From: a virus | Reading direction: 5' to 3' (one strand) | IMG/VR virus record: IMGVR_UViG_3300016474_000052 | Location: 1 to 59,031 of that record | DNA: 59,031 nucleotides | In this document: positions 43,873 to 53,191 of the stretch, piece after piece | How positions within the stretch are numbered: the stretch's first letter is position 1 | How the letters are laid out: each line of letters starts with the position of its first letter | Position numbers and translations under genes: made by a program | The notes under the pieces: generated by a model | The model's input: only the letters and a program-made list of their open reading frames with translations | The model's database searches: none | Told to the model about the DNA's origin: nothing

Positions 43873-45271
43873 AGCCAAGCTTGCCCTGCATCAGGAGTTG
43901 CTGAAGAAGCTACCTCCGGAGGCATCAGCAGCCTTCTACGCCAGGATGAAGTGGCTCATGAGGGCCCACTCTCACCAGATCCCGCCTAAAGGCGACTGGT
44001 GGACGATATGGCTTCTTCTTGCAGGAAGGGGCGCAGGCAAGACCAGGACGGCTGCAGAAGACGTCTGGCATACAGCCTGGACGACGCCAAACATCCGCAT
44101 CTTGATCTCGGGGCCGACCTCGGCAGACATCAGAGATACGATGATTGAGGGCGAGTCAGGGCTGCTTAACTGTATGCCCGAGGAGATCCGGGTGAAGTAC
44201 ACGAGGAGCCTGCATGAGATCGTGCTTACGAATGGCTCCCTGATCAAAGGCATACCAGCATCAGAACCCGAGCGCTTCCGGGGTCCGCAATGGCATACCG
44301 CATGGCTAGATGAACTCGCAGCCTGGGAGTATCTGGACTCAGCCTGGGACCAGATCATGTTCTCGGTCCGTTTGGGCAATAAGCCAAGAATCATAATTAC
44401 CACTACGCCTAAGCCTAAGCCCTTGATCATTGACCTGCTAGACCGGGAAGGCGAAGACGTCATCGTTACCAAGGCGTCGACCTACGACAACCTTGCCAAC
44501 CTCGCCGGGACGTTCAAGCAGCAGATCTTGCAGTACGAGGGAACCTCTTTAGGACGTCAGGAGATCCACGCTGAGATCATCGACCCCGAAGAGGCTGGGA
44601 TCATCAAGCGCAACTGGATCAAGCTCTGGCCATCAGATAAGCCCTTCCCGCGGTTTGAGTTCGTTGTGCAGTCCTATGACGGCGCCTATACCGAGAAGAC
44701 CATCAACGACCCCTCAGCTTGTAGCGTATGGGGAATCTTCAAGCCCAGCGAAGACAAAGGCTTCTGTGCCATGCTGATCGACTGCTGGGAAGAGCACCTG
44801 CAGTACCCGGACTTAAAGGAGAAGGTCATTGAAGACTTTGGCACGGTTTACGGGGACCCCAATGAATTTGGACAAGGCAAGAAGACTGACTTGGTTCTGG
44901 TTGAAGACAAGTCCTCCGGCATCTCCCTCCTGCAGGACCTGGGGCGTGCCCACATACCCTGCAGGTCATACAATCCCGGGGGCGCCGACAAAGTCCAGCG
45001 GGTCAACCTGATTGCGCCACTGATCAAGGCAGGCAAGGTCTACATCCCTGAGAGCACGAAGAACGAAGATCATCCCAGGTCTTGGGCTGAGCCGCTCGTT
45101 AACCAGCTATGCGCCTTCCCTGAAGTCAGGCATGACGACCTCGTGGATACCGTCTCTCAGGCCTTGCGAGTCCTTCGAGACATGGGCTGGCTGAATATTG
45201 ATCCACCGCCACCAGACGATGATGTTTACGCTGAAGACAGACCTAAGCGGGTGAATCCGTATGCGGCTTGA
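43841..45271 (+). CDS. terL: terminase large subunit
   Basis: Walker A LLAGRGAGKTR, Walker B AWLDELAAW, C-terminal nuclease motif HDDLVDTVSQAL. 476 aa. Confidence 0.9.
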   Translation: MLTASQAKRIEAKLALHQELLKKLPPEASAAFYARMKWLMRAHSHQIPPKGDWWTIWLLLAGRGAGKTRTAAEDVWHTAWTTPNIRILISGPTSADIRDTMIEGESGLLNCMPEEIRVKYTRSLHEIVLTNGSLIKGIPASEPERFRGPQWHTAWLDELAAWEYLDSAWDQIMFSVRLGNKPRIIITTTPKPKPLIIDLLDREGEDVIVTKASTYDNLANLAGTFKQQILQYEGTSLGRQEIHAEIIDPEEAGIIKRNWIKLWPSDKPFPRFEFVVQSYDGAYTEKTINDPSACSVWGIFKPSEDKGFCAMLIDCWEEHLQYPDLKEKVIEDFGTVYGDPNEFGQGKKTDLVLVEDKSSGISLLQDLGRAHIPCRSYNPGGADKVQRVNLIAPLIKAGKVYIPESTKNEDHPRSWAEPLVNQLCAFPEVRHDDLVDTVSQALRVLRDMGWLNIDPPPPDDDVYAEDRPKRVNPYAA

Positions 45272-45640
45272 GCATAGCCCTCTCCTTACTAAGTTACGGT
45301 ATAGGTTAGAAACCTATCCAACGGAGGGTTCCGGGCGAAGGGAGGCCCAACCCCAGAGAATGAGGTTTGGGTCCGCCCTCAGCTATCCACTCGGATGGGA
45401 CACGCTGCTCGGCTCACAAGACGGTGCGCTTGTAAGCTGGACTCTGCAACCCCTTGCACCAGGGTCAAGTTCCCACCAGAGTCTTCGGCATGGCCGCGGC
45501 TTGAACTTCATCCTACCGCTCTCGCATAGCACCGGATCGTGACTGTGGACGCCTGTCTTGCTATGCCAGTTATCGGTTTCGGCTGGGTTCTGAGTCCCAC
45601 TTGGGTCACAGCTAACTTTGGTCTGTGATCCGTGATGCCA

Positions 45641-45739
45641 ACAAAAAAGCCACTTACTGCTGCGTCTGGTCGAAGTCCCTCGGTTAAGAGGGCAGACGCA
45701 TGAGTAAGTGGCCTTACAGTTGTTGACTTCGACGACAAC
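45641..45739 (-). ncRNA. candidate ~100-nt small RNA transcribed against the late operon
   Basis: Bounded by a - strand promoter (45774-45746) and a long hairpin (45712-45649) followed by UUUUUUGU (45648-45641). No start codon lies downstream of the predicted TSS. Confidence 0.4.
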
Positions 45740-45745
45740 GACGCA

Positions 45746-45774
45746 ATCATAGTGCTCATGGATAGACTTTGCAA
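45746..45774 (-). promoter_or_regulatory. sigma70-like promoter on - strand (TTGCAA-N17-TATGAT)
   Basis: -35 at 45774-45769, 17-nt spacer, 5/6 -10 at 45751-45746. Confidence 0.45.
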
Positions 45775-45791
45775 GCCCTACTGGGTATCAT
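45763..45791 (+). promoter_or_regulatory. sigma70-like promoter on + strand (TAGACT-N17-TATCAT) ahead of the structural genes
   Basis: 4/6 -35, 17-nt spacer, 5/6 -10. Lies 25 nt upstream of ATG 45816 and overlaps the - strand promoter back-to-back. Confidence 0.35.
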
Positions 45792-45815
45792 CCCTACAAA
45801 CTCCCGGGGATACCT

Positions 45816-47375
45816 ATGCCTAATCCACTTGGTGGGCTGCAAAAGGTTATGGCCAAGATGGCTGCTAACCAGAAGGTTCAGTCCGCACTCCCAAAGGCTC
45901 CGCCGCCAGCAAGCGAAATCCTTAAGCCGGATCTCATGCGTGTTTACTCTGGCCAGCGAGAGCCCATCGAAGGAAAGTTCGACATCTCAAGGGCAGATCC
46001 TCACGCCTCAATGGGTCGAGCCTTCTACACGGCAGAGCTTCCCCGGTACGCTAATAAGTTCACAGGCAATCAGCCTGGAGCTAACGTCACGCCCGTTGAT
46101 GTCGATCGCAATCGCCTGCTGATGTTCGACAGGATGTACGACACGCCTCAAGGCAAGATGGAAGGCCTCGACTACTACGACCTTCTGCGCAGGCAGGCCA
46201 TGGCCAAGCCAGGAGTCGGCAAGGACATGATCCGCAAGGAGATCCTAGACGCTGGCTTTGCAGGCACTGAGATGCCTAACGCTACTGGCAAAGCGTATGC
46301 AATTTACGACACCAGCGCAGCGCAAGACATGTCTGGCCAAGCCTTTCGAGAGGGAGGCCTTGCCATGGCCAGCGGTGGCCTTGCACGCAGAGCGGCAAAG
46401 GCAGCTTTCAAAGCCCTGCCCGGAGAAAGCTTCCAGGGTAAGACAGGCACCGACATGCCCTCAGATGTTGAGCGGCGCATCATGGAGATCAACAGGCCCA
46501 ACCTGATCCTGCCGTCCGAAGCTTTGGGTAAGCACGAAGGCAAGACGCTGATGATCACCCAGGCTGACAGGACTAAAGTAGGCGAGGGCTTTCTTGGTGG
46601 CCCAGGCTTCTCGAGCCTTCAGCTAACTGATCCACGTTATGCCGAGGCTGCATGGGGCGTTAAGACGCCTGGAGTCGCTCAGACCATTGCAGGATCTAAT
46701 CGCCGCGTACCTGAAGGCCAAGCGATCTGGACGACCATGCTCGGAACACCGACGCAGCACAAGTCAAACCAGATGGTCTTTGACCGCCTCTACAAGGAAT
46801 TCATGGGCGGTATCAAGCAAGAGAAGCTCTCGCCTGAACTCAAGGACACCCTGAACGCAAAGCTTGCCTCAGTGGTCGATAAAGAAGGCAAGAACCTATT
46901 CCCGGAAGACGTCGACATTACGAACCCCAGGAAGTTCCGCAAGCTTGTCGACACCTTCGATAAACGTGCAGCCGCTGCTGACGTCATGGGCGGTATCGGC
47001 GTTGGCGGTAAGAAGGGCCAGATCTTCGACTACGACCGGATCATTCAGCGCACGACAGACCCAGCGCTTTTAGACACCCCGACGGGTTCGCTTGGCAACC
47101 GCCTCTTCCAGTTAAGCGGCGAAGTCATGGACAGGCCTGACCTTCACCCAGCCTTCCCGACCATCCTCAAGGGCGAGGACCTCGGCGTTAACTTCACGCC
47201 CGCTCCCCGTGAATTGCTCATGGAAGACTTCATCAACAAGGTCCTTACCGAGAAGGGCAGACAGCCTGGATACATGGACTGGACTCGAGGCTATGCGCCA
47301 TCCCAGTTCCTGTCGGAAGAACTGCTTACCAAGCTTCAAAAGGCTGGTTACAAAAAAGGCGGTCGAGTCAAATGA
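45816..47375 (+). CDS. large virion-module protein; N-terminal domain paralogous to the ART-like domain of the next gene
   Basis: 519 aa. RVYSGQREPIEGKFDISRADPHASMGRAFYTAELPRYANKF aligns with AYHGSPHRFKKFDASKIGTGEGAQAYGYGLYFAENPDVAKTY in 47372..50392. C-terminus KKGGRVK. Confidence 0.5.
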   Translation: MPNPLGGLQKVMAKMAANQKVQSALPKAPPPASEILKPDLMRVYSGQREPIEGKFDISRADPHASMGRAFYTAELPRYANKFTGNQPGANVTPVDVDRNRLLMFDRMYDTPQGKMEGLDYYDLLRRQAMAKPGVGKDMIRKEILDAGFAGTEMPNATGKAYAIYDTSAAQDMSGQAFREGGLAMASGGLARRAAKAAFKALPGESFQGKTGTDMPSDVERRIMEINRPNLILPSEALGKHEGKTLMITQADRTKVGEGFLGGPGFSSLQLTDPRYAEAAWGVKTPGVAQTIAGSNRRVPEGQAIWTTMLGTPTQHKSNQMVFDRLYKEFMGGIKQEKLSPELKDTLNAKLASVVDKEGKNLFPEDVDITNPRKFRKLVDTFDKRAAAADVMGGIGVGGKKGQIFDYDRIIQRTTDPALLDTPTGSLGNRLFQLSGEVMDRPDLHPAFPTILKGEDLGVNFTPAPRELLMEDFINKVLTEKGRQPGYMDWTRGYAPSQFLSEELLTKLQKAGYKKGGRVK

Positions 47376-50300
47376 ATCCGCTGACTAAGTTCCTAGGTGT
47401 TAAAGGCCTATCCAACGGTGGAAAGTTACCACCGGGCATTAAACGCGCTACAGACCGCGCTAAGGAAAGCAAGAGCGTATTGCCTGTTGCGGGTGCCAGA
47501 CAAGCACGGCAAGCTATTCAGGGTTATCTGGGCATGGACCCCAGCTTCAGCGTCATGGACCCTGAGGCTCAGGCACTCGAGTCAGCCTACCGCGGTGGCG
47601 AGACTGCAAGTGTGCTCGGCGATCTCGTTGCAAGCCTGACGCCATTTGCCGCCGCCTCGGCCGCCGCTAAGGCCAATCAAGTTCCAGGCCTTGCGCAACT
47701 GATTGCTTACCATGGCTCACCACACAGGTTCAAGAAGTTCGACGCCAGCAAGATCGGCACGGGTGAAGGTGCCCAGGCTTATGGCTATGGGCTGTACTTT
47801 GCTGAGAATCCTGATGTAGCAAAAACATATCAGCCACGATCCCCTCAGTACGAACAAAAACTGTTAAAAAAGTACAACGCAGCAGAAGCAAGAAGAGACT
47901 ACACGACCATGGAGATCCTTGAGGATGCCATGATGCACAGGTCTCCAGAGGAAATTCTGCAACGGTATACGAATATCAGCGAAGGGTATACCCCGGCGCA
48001 TGCAAAAGCCGCCAAAGACTTTGCGAGTTGGTATGCGAAAAACTTGCCCGAGGTCGGAGGGATGTACAAGGTTGACATCCCAGATGAAAAGATTGCTCAG
48101 ATGCTTGATTGGGATAAGCCACTGAGCCAGCAGCCAGCGGCCATGCAGGTTGCAAGAAAAGTTTTCAACGACCCACAGCGGAAATCGGCTGGGTTTCCAA
48201 GCATTACAGATGAAGAGATCGGCAACTTGACTGGGCAGGATTTGTATCAGGCCATGACCACCACCAGGGGTGGTTTGCAGCCTGGCGCATCCAAATCATT
48301 GTTGCAAGAGGGTATACCTGGCATTCAGTACCTTGACCAAGCCTCCCGCGATGCAAAGCAAGGCACCCGCAATTTCGTTGTGTTCCCTGGCGAAGAGCAA
48401 AACATCAAGATGCTTGATATTGATGGTGTCCCCCAAAAGGCTGACGGTGGTCTAATCCGCATGAGCAATGGCGGCGATCGCTTCATGGGCAAGACGCCCA
48501 AGCGAGGCGTCTCTTCGCTTCCTGGTTACGGCGAAGGCGATCTCTTGAAGGACATCGAAGCCGCCTACCCAAGGGTGGCAGGAGCCATAGACACAGCGGC
48601 AACGCTTGCACCTATCTTTGGCCGCGCTCTGGTATCTCCTGCTGTCAGCGCAGGGACCTTCGTTAAGGAAGCAATCAAGAGCGGCGACCCTCGAGACACC
48701 AGCCCCTTGCAAAGGGCAAGCGAAGCCTCTGAGGAGTTCATTACAGGCGATATAAGGCCCTTCAGGACCCAGCTTGGCCCTGAGTATGCCTCGGCCACAT
48801 TAGAAGGCCTTGAGAGCGCTTTACAGGCCTCTAAGCTGCCACCAATCCTCCCGCAAGCATGGACAGCGTCGCTCATGCCTGGAGTGACAGCGGCAACAAA
48901 GCAAGCGGCAAAAACTGCCGGCAAGGAAATGCTTAGGCCGATCGACCAAGCCATGATGGGCCAGGGCCCGCTTGCTGGTGCGTTCAGTGCTGTTTCGCCC
49001 ATGAACGTCACGGCACCGGTTAGCAAGCTTGGCTTTTACAACCCGATCGAAGAGACGGCCACTACCTTGCAGCGCAAGCAAGGACCAGGGCAGGCCTTCC
49101 TCAACGAGTTCACCAAGGCAGGCATCAGCAAGCAGCGTCTCGAAGATGCAGGCCTAGCTCAGAAGCTTGCTGCCGCGCCCAACATCACGCGTGAAGAGGT
49201 CCAGGCCATGACCAAGGGCACCATGCCCGACGTCGAGGAAGTGGTCCTGAGCAGATCTGTCATACCACCCTACATGAAAGGGTTTGCCAACCTGCATATG
49301 CCAGACCTGAATGTCAATGACTACAGGCAGATCAATCAGTTGCGCAAGATTGCCGATGAGCGTTATCAAAAGGCCCTTGCGGAAAACGATTTGGACGCGG
49401 CTGAGTTTGCGATGAAGGCCGAAGAGGACATCAACAAGTTCAGCCGGACCCACAGCTATGGCACCAAGCCTGGGGAGCGGCTGACTGAATTTCACGAGTA
49501 TCAAGAGCCTGGGGGCAAGAACTACCGCGAGGTCTTGCTCAAAGTACCGGTTAAAAGGGTCAGCGAGGAAGAGGCGCGGGTAATCTTAAATGCTCGACCT
49601 GAAGATAAGCTAAGTGCTTACGACATTGACTTCGCCTCGCGTAAGGCAAATCCTGAGTTTCGATCGGCGCACTGGATGGACCCCAACGTCATATCCCATA
49701 TCAGGATGAATGACCGTGTGGACGCCGACAACAAGAACGTGCTTTTCATTGAAGAGCTTCAGTCTGACTGGGCGCAAGAAGGTCGCAAAAAAGGTTTTGG
49801 CAAGGATGTTCCGCAAGGACCTTTCGTTAAGAACACTAACGAGTGGGTTGACCTATCGCTGAAAAACATCATCAAGCGTGCAGTCGATGAGGGCTACGAC
49901 CGCGTTGCGTTCATTGACGGCTACAAGTCCTACCTGCGCTTTCCGCAAGGTGCCGATGGCGAGTCCACTGAAGCAGGGATGCGCAAGTTTTACGACGAGA
50001 TTATCCCCGGCAGGCTCAAGGCCTTGGTGGGCAAGGACAATGTCCGGACCATCCCCGGCATCACGCAACAGCGACCACTTGATGTTTCGTTGCAAGGCGA
50101 TCGGTACTACGTGGTCGACGCCGACACCGACATTGCGATACCAGATCATCCTGGATTCCGAAGCCTTGAAAGGGCCGAGCAATACCTTGACGAGTTGTAC
50201 AGCAAGTCAAAGTCCATGGACCAGATCGGCTTTGACATCACGCCTGAGATCCGTGAGAAATTCAGTGCCCCTATCCCGTATAAACGTGGAGGGGCCGTAA

Positions 50301-50392
50301 AGTCCTCCAAGAGCCGTCCCTTGAATCGAATGCAAGTTGACACCGACGCTATGCGTCTTGAAATGATGAGGAAATCATGGCGATCGAAATGA
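47372..50392 (+). CDS. polyvalent-type large virion protein with PARP/ART-like (H-Y-E class) motif block
   Basis: 1006 aa, directly upstream of the portal. YHGSPHRFKKF..GEGAQAYGYGLYFAENPDVAKTY resembles the H-G-[ST] .. G-x-G-x-Y-F-A .. Y motifs of PARP-like ARTs. Also carries a conserved-looking LFIEELQSDWAQEGRKKGF block. Confidence 0.5.
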   Translation: MNPLTKFLGVKGLSNGGKLPPGIKRATDRAKESKSVLPVAGARQARQAIQGYLGMDPSFSVMDPEAQALESAYRGGETASVLGDLVASLTPFAAASAAAKANQVPGLAQLIAYHGSPHRFKKFDASKIGTGEGAQAYGYGLYFAENPDVAKTYQPRSPQYEQKLLKKYNAAEARRDYTTMEILEDAMMHRSPEEILQRYTNISEGYTPAHAKAAKDFASWYAKNLPEVGGMYKVDIPDEKIAQMLDWDKPLSQQPAAMQVARKVFNDPQRKSAGFPSITDEEIGNLTGQDLYQAMTTTRGGLQPGASKSLLQEGIPGIQYLDQASRDAKQGTRNFVVFPGEEQNIKMLDIDGVPQKADGGLIRMSNGGDRFMGKTPKRGVSSLPGYGEGDLLKDIEAAYPRVAGAIDTAATLAPIFGRALVSPAVSAGTFVKEAIKSGDPRDTSPLQRASEASEEFITGDIRPFRTQLGPEYASATLEGLESALQASKLPPILPQAWTASLMPGVTAATKQAAKTAGKEMLRPIDQAMMGQGPLAGAFSAVSPMNVTAPVSKLGFYNPIEETATTLQRKQGPGQAFLNEFTKAGISKQRLEDAGLAQKLAAAPNITREEVQAMTKGTMPDVEEVVLSRSVIPPYMKGFANLHMPDLNVNDYRQINQLRKIADERYQKALAENDLDAAEFAMKAEEDINKFSRTHSYGTKPGERLTEFHEYQEPGGKNYREVLLKVPVKRVSEEEARVILNARPEDKLSAYDIDFASRKANPEFRSAHWMDPNVISHIRMNDRVDADNKNVLFIEELQSDWAQEGRKKGFGKDVPQGPFVKNTNEWVDLSLKNIIKRAVDEGYDRVAFIDGYKSYLRFPQGADGESTEAGMRKFYDEIIPGRLKALVGKDNVRTIPGITQQRPLDVSLQGDRYYVVDADTDIAIPDHPGFRSLERAEQYLDELYSKSKSMDQIGFDITPEIREKFSAPIPYKRGGAVKSSKSRPLNRMQVDTDAMRLEMMRKSWRSK

Positions 50393-52860
50393 ATCTGCCC
50401 CTTGAGGAAAGCCCCGAGGGCGACGAGACGATCTACAAGCTATTTGACGATAAGCCCGACGTCGAAGAACTCGAGGACGGCTCAGCGGTTGTCCGCATAT
50501 CCGAGAACGACGGCCCCGAGGAAGATCCCCAGTTCTATGAAAACCTTGCGATTAAGGTCGATCCAAACACCCTGGACGACCTTGCACTCAAGTACCTCGA
50601 GCTATTCGAAAAGGACATGCAAGCCCGTAAGGAGCGCGATAAGCAGTACGAGGAAGGCTTAAAACGTTCCGGCCTTGGTAACGAGGCTCCTGGAGGCGCA
50701 ACCTTCCAGGGCGCATCCAAGGCTGTACACCCAGTCATTGCTGAAGCCTGCGTGGACTTTGCCAGCCGGTGCATGAAAGAGATCATGCCGCCTGATGGCC
50801 CTGTAGGTACGAAAATCCTCGGCGATGTTACTGAGCAAAAGCAAGAGCTTGCTGAGCGCAAACGCGACTTCATGAACTGGCAGTGCACTGAGCAGATCGA
50901 AGAGCTTCGAGACGAACTTGAGCAGCTTGCTACTCAACTCCCGCTTGGCGGAAGTCAGTACCTAAAACTTTGGTATGACGAGCAAAAGAAGCGCCCCTGC
51001 GCTGAGTTCGTCCCTATCGACAAGATCCTGTTGCCCTTCTCGGCGCCAAGCTTTTACACCGCCCAGCGTTGTACCGAGATGCAAGACATCTCCGAGGAAG
51101 AGTTCAACCGCCGGATCGCTGCAAACCTTTACCTGGATGTAACCTTTACCCGTGCATCCATGGAGCCTGAGCCCACGGCCGCACAAAAGGCTAACGAGAA
51201 GATTGAAGGCAAGAAGTCAAGCAGCGAGAACATCGACGGAGAGCGTCGTGTCTTCCATTCTTACGTCAACCTTACGATTGATGACGACGACAAATCGAAC
51301 GGAGAACTTGCGCCTTACATTCTGATGATTGACGAGCAGTCCCGGCAGGTGGTCGGTTTGTACCGTAACTGGGAAGAAGGCGACGAGCAGATGCAAAAAC
51401 TCGACTGGCTCATCGAGTTCAAGTTCATCCCCTGGCGCGGTGCTTATGCAATCGGTCTGCCACAGTTGATTGGAGGCCTGTCTGCGGCCCTTACAGGGGC
51501 CCTGAGAGCCCTTTTGGATTCTGCCCATATCAACAACTCACCGACCATGCTCAAGCTCAAGGGAGCCCGTATAACAGGCCAGAGCGTACAGGTTGAGCCC
51601 ACCCAAGTTGCAGAGATTGAAGGCGCTCCCGGTGTCGATGACATCAAGAAGATCGCTATGCCCTTCCCGTTCAATCCGCCGTCGCCTGTGCTCTTCGAGT
51701 TGCTGGGCTGGATTACCAACGCAGCTAAGGGTGTTGTCACGACAAGCGAAGAGAAGATTGCTGACATATCCAACAACGCACCGGTTGGAACTACCCAGGC
51801 TCTGATCGAGCAGGGCGCCGCGGTCTACTCCAGCATTCACATGAGACTGCACAAGTCCATGCGCAAGATGCTGATGGTCCTCGGCAGGATCAATCGCTGG
51901 TGGCTCGAGGACATGCGCAAGGGCGACATGGTCGAGGACCTCGTCATTGGCCGTCAGGACTTTGACCGCAACACCGACATCGTCCCCATCTCTGATCCGC
52001 ATATCTTCAGCGAGACGCAACGCTTTGCCCAAAACCAAGCCCTGGCAGCACTGGCTAAGGACAATCCCGACCTATTTGATCGCCGGGAAGTCATGAAGCG
52101 GATCTTGAAGCAGATGAAGGTGCCTGAGATCAATCAGGTCCTGCCTGACGTCCGCGAAGTCAAGGAGATGAATCCTGCGCTCGAGAACGTAGCCATGTCG
52201 CTTGGGCAGCCTGTTGCAGCCTTCCCGAACCAAGACCACATAGCGCACTTGCAGACGCATTTGTCGTACGCCATGGACCCGGTCTACGGCATGAACCCGA
52301 TCATTGGCCAGAAGCTCATCCCTGCCTTGCTAGAGCACATCAAGCAGCACTTAACGCTCTGGTACCTCAAGCGCATGGACGAGTACATCAATGCCACTGA
52401 GATCAAGGATATGGACACGCTGAAGGTCGCACCGATCTTCGCAGAAGCCCAGCAATTGATGTCTGCTGTCGCCCGACATGTTCATATCGACTCGGCTGAG
52501 ACCTTTGAGCCGATGATGCCCATCTTGCAGCAACTCATGCAGATGGCCCAGCAAATGGCGCCCAAGCCTCCGGTACCGCCAGAGGTCGAGGCGCTTGTTC
52601 AAACTTCCATGGCAGAAACGCAACGCCGCGCCCAGAAGGACCAGGGCGAACTCATGCTCAAGAAGGAAAAGCAAGACACCGACGTTGCACAGAACGCCCA
52701 GAAGATCCAGGCCGACATCGCTATGAACGTCGAGGATAACCTTACCCGCCAGCAGATCGAGGCGGCAAAAATTGCCGGTGAGAACGCAGCACTCACCCAG
52801 GAGCAAGCGCGGACCGCTATGGCCGCACAAGAGGCTGCGCAACGTACCTTTGGAGCTTAA
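50377..52860 (+). CDS. portal protein (putative)
   Basis: 827 aa. Position fits: after terminase and before the GroES-like, scaffold and capsid genes. Long charged helical C-terminal region. No diagnostic motif verified. Confidence 0.55.
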   Translation: MAIEMNLPLEESPEGDETIYKLFDDKPDVEELEDGSAVVRISENDGPEEDPQFYENLAIKVDPNTLDDLALKYLELFEKDMQARKERDKQYEEGLKRSGLGNEAPGGATFQGASKAVHPVIAEACVDFASRCMKEIMPPDGPVGTKILGDVTEQKQELAERKRDFMNWQCTEQIEELRDELEQLATQLPLGGSQYLKLWYDEQKKRPCAEFVPIDKILLPFSAPSFYTAQRCTEMQDISEEEFNRRIAANLYLDVTFTRASMEPEPTAAQKANEKIEGKKSSSENIDGERRVFHSYVNLTIDDDDKSNGELAPYILMIDEQSRQVVGLYRNWEEGDEQMQKLDWLIEFKFIPWRGAYAIGLPQLIGGLSAALTGALRALLDSAHINNSPTMLKLKGARITGQSVQVEPTQVAEIEGAPGVDDIKKIAMPFPFNPPSPVLFELLGWITNAAKGVVTTSEEKIADISNNAPVGTTQALIEQGAAVYSSIHMRLHKSMRKMLMVLGRINRWWLEDMRKGDMVEDLVIGRQDFDRNTDIVPISDPHIFSETQRFAQNQALAALAKDNPDLFDRREVMKRILKQMKVPEINQVLPDVREVKEMNPALENVAMSLGQPVAAFPNQDHIAHLQTHLSYAMDPVYGMNPIIGQKLIPALLEHIKQHLTLWYLKRMDEYINATEIKDMDTLKVAPIFAEAQQLMSAVARHVHIDSAETFEPMMPILQQLMQMAQQMAPKPPVPPEVEALVQTSMAETQRRAQKDQGELMLKKEKQDTDVAQNAQKIQADIAMNVEDNLTRQQIEAAKIAGENAALTQEQARTAMAAQEAAQRTFGA

Positions 52861-52862
52861 AC

Positions 52863-53012
52863 ATGAGTGAAGCAATCAACATGCACAAACGCCTTGCCAT
52901 GGGCGAGAAGCTGACCGGCCAGAAACTTAAGCACGGCGGCAGCCCCAGCAAGAAGAAGGATGAGTCCCCCAACCTACGCCCTGAAGAGAAGAAATCAGCC
53001 AAGCGTAAATGA
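52863..53012 (+). CDS. small basic protein (49 aa, missed by the ORF track)
   Basis: MSEAINMHKRLAMGEKLTGQKLKHGGSPSKKKDESPNLRPEEKKSAKRK. ATGA-coupled to the next gene. Carries the K-x-GG motif. Confidence 0.5.
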   Translation: MSEAINMHKRLAMGEKLTGQKLKHGGSPSKKKDESPNLRPEEKKSAKRK

Positions 53013-53191
53013 ACGACTTTTCTCAGCTTATCGGGATCATCAAGGGGTTGCAGGCAGATATTGCAACCTCCTTGGCGAACGGTAATGCCAACAGTTACGA
53101 GGTCTATCAACGTCTCGTAGGTGAATACCGAGGGCTTGAACAAGCTCTGAAGGCTATCGACCAACTTTTAACGGAGAATGAGTATGACTAA
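53009..53191 (+). CDS. small hypothetical protein
   Basis: 60-aa helical ORF. Confidence 0.5.
   Translation: MNDFSQLIGIIKGLQADIATSLANGNANSYEVYQRLVGEYRGLEQALKAIDQLLTENEYD

Noticed and set aside
45261-45542. 93-aa + strand ORF overlapping the end of terL and running into the gap
   Set aside because: It has an Arg/Ser/Leu/Gly-rich, non-protein-like composition and no RBS, and it starts inside terL. Treated as non-coding.
45508-45774. 88-aa - strand ORF spanning the long hairpin and its U-tract
   Set aside because: Its only start codons lie within or upstream of the predicted -10 element. It reads straight through a strong terminator hairpin, and its composition is non-protein-like.
45769-46122. 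117-aa + strand ORF overlapping the start of the 519-aa gene in another frame
   Set aside because: It is out of frame with a much longer, protein-like ORF. Its Arg/Ser/Leu-rich composition is typical of off-frame translation.
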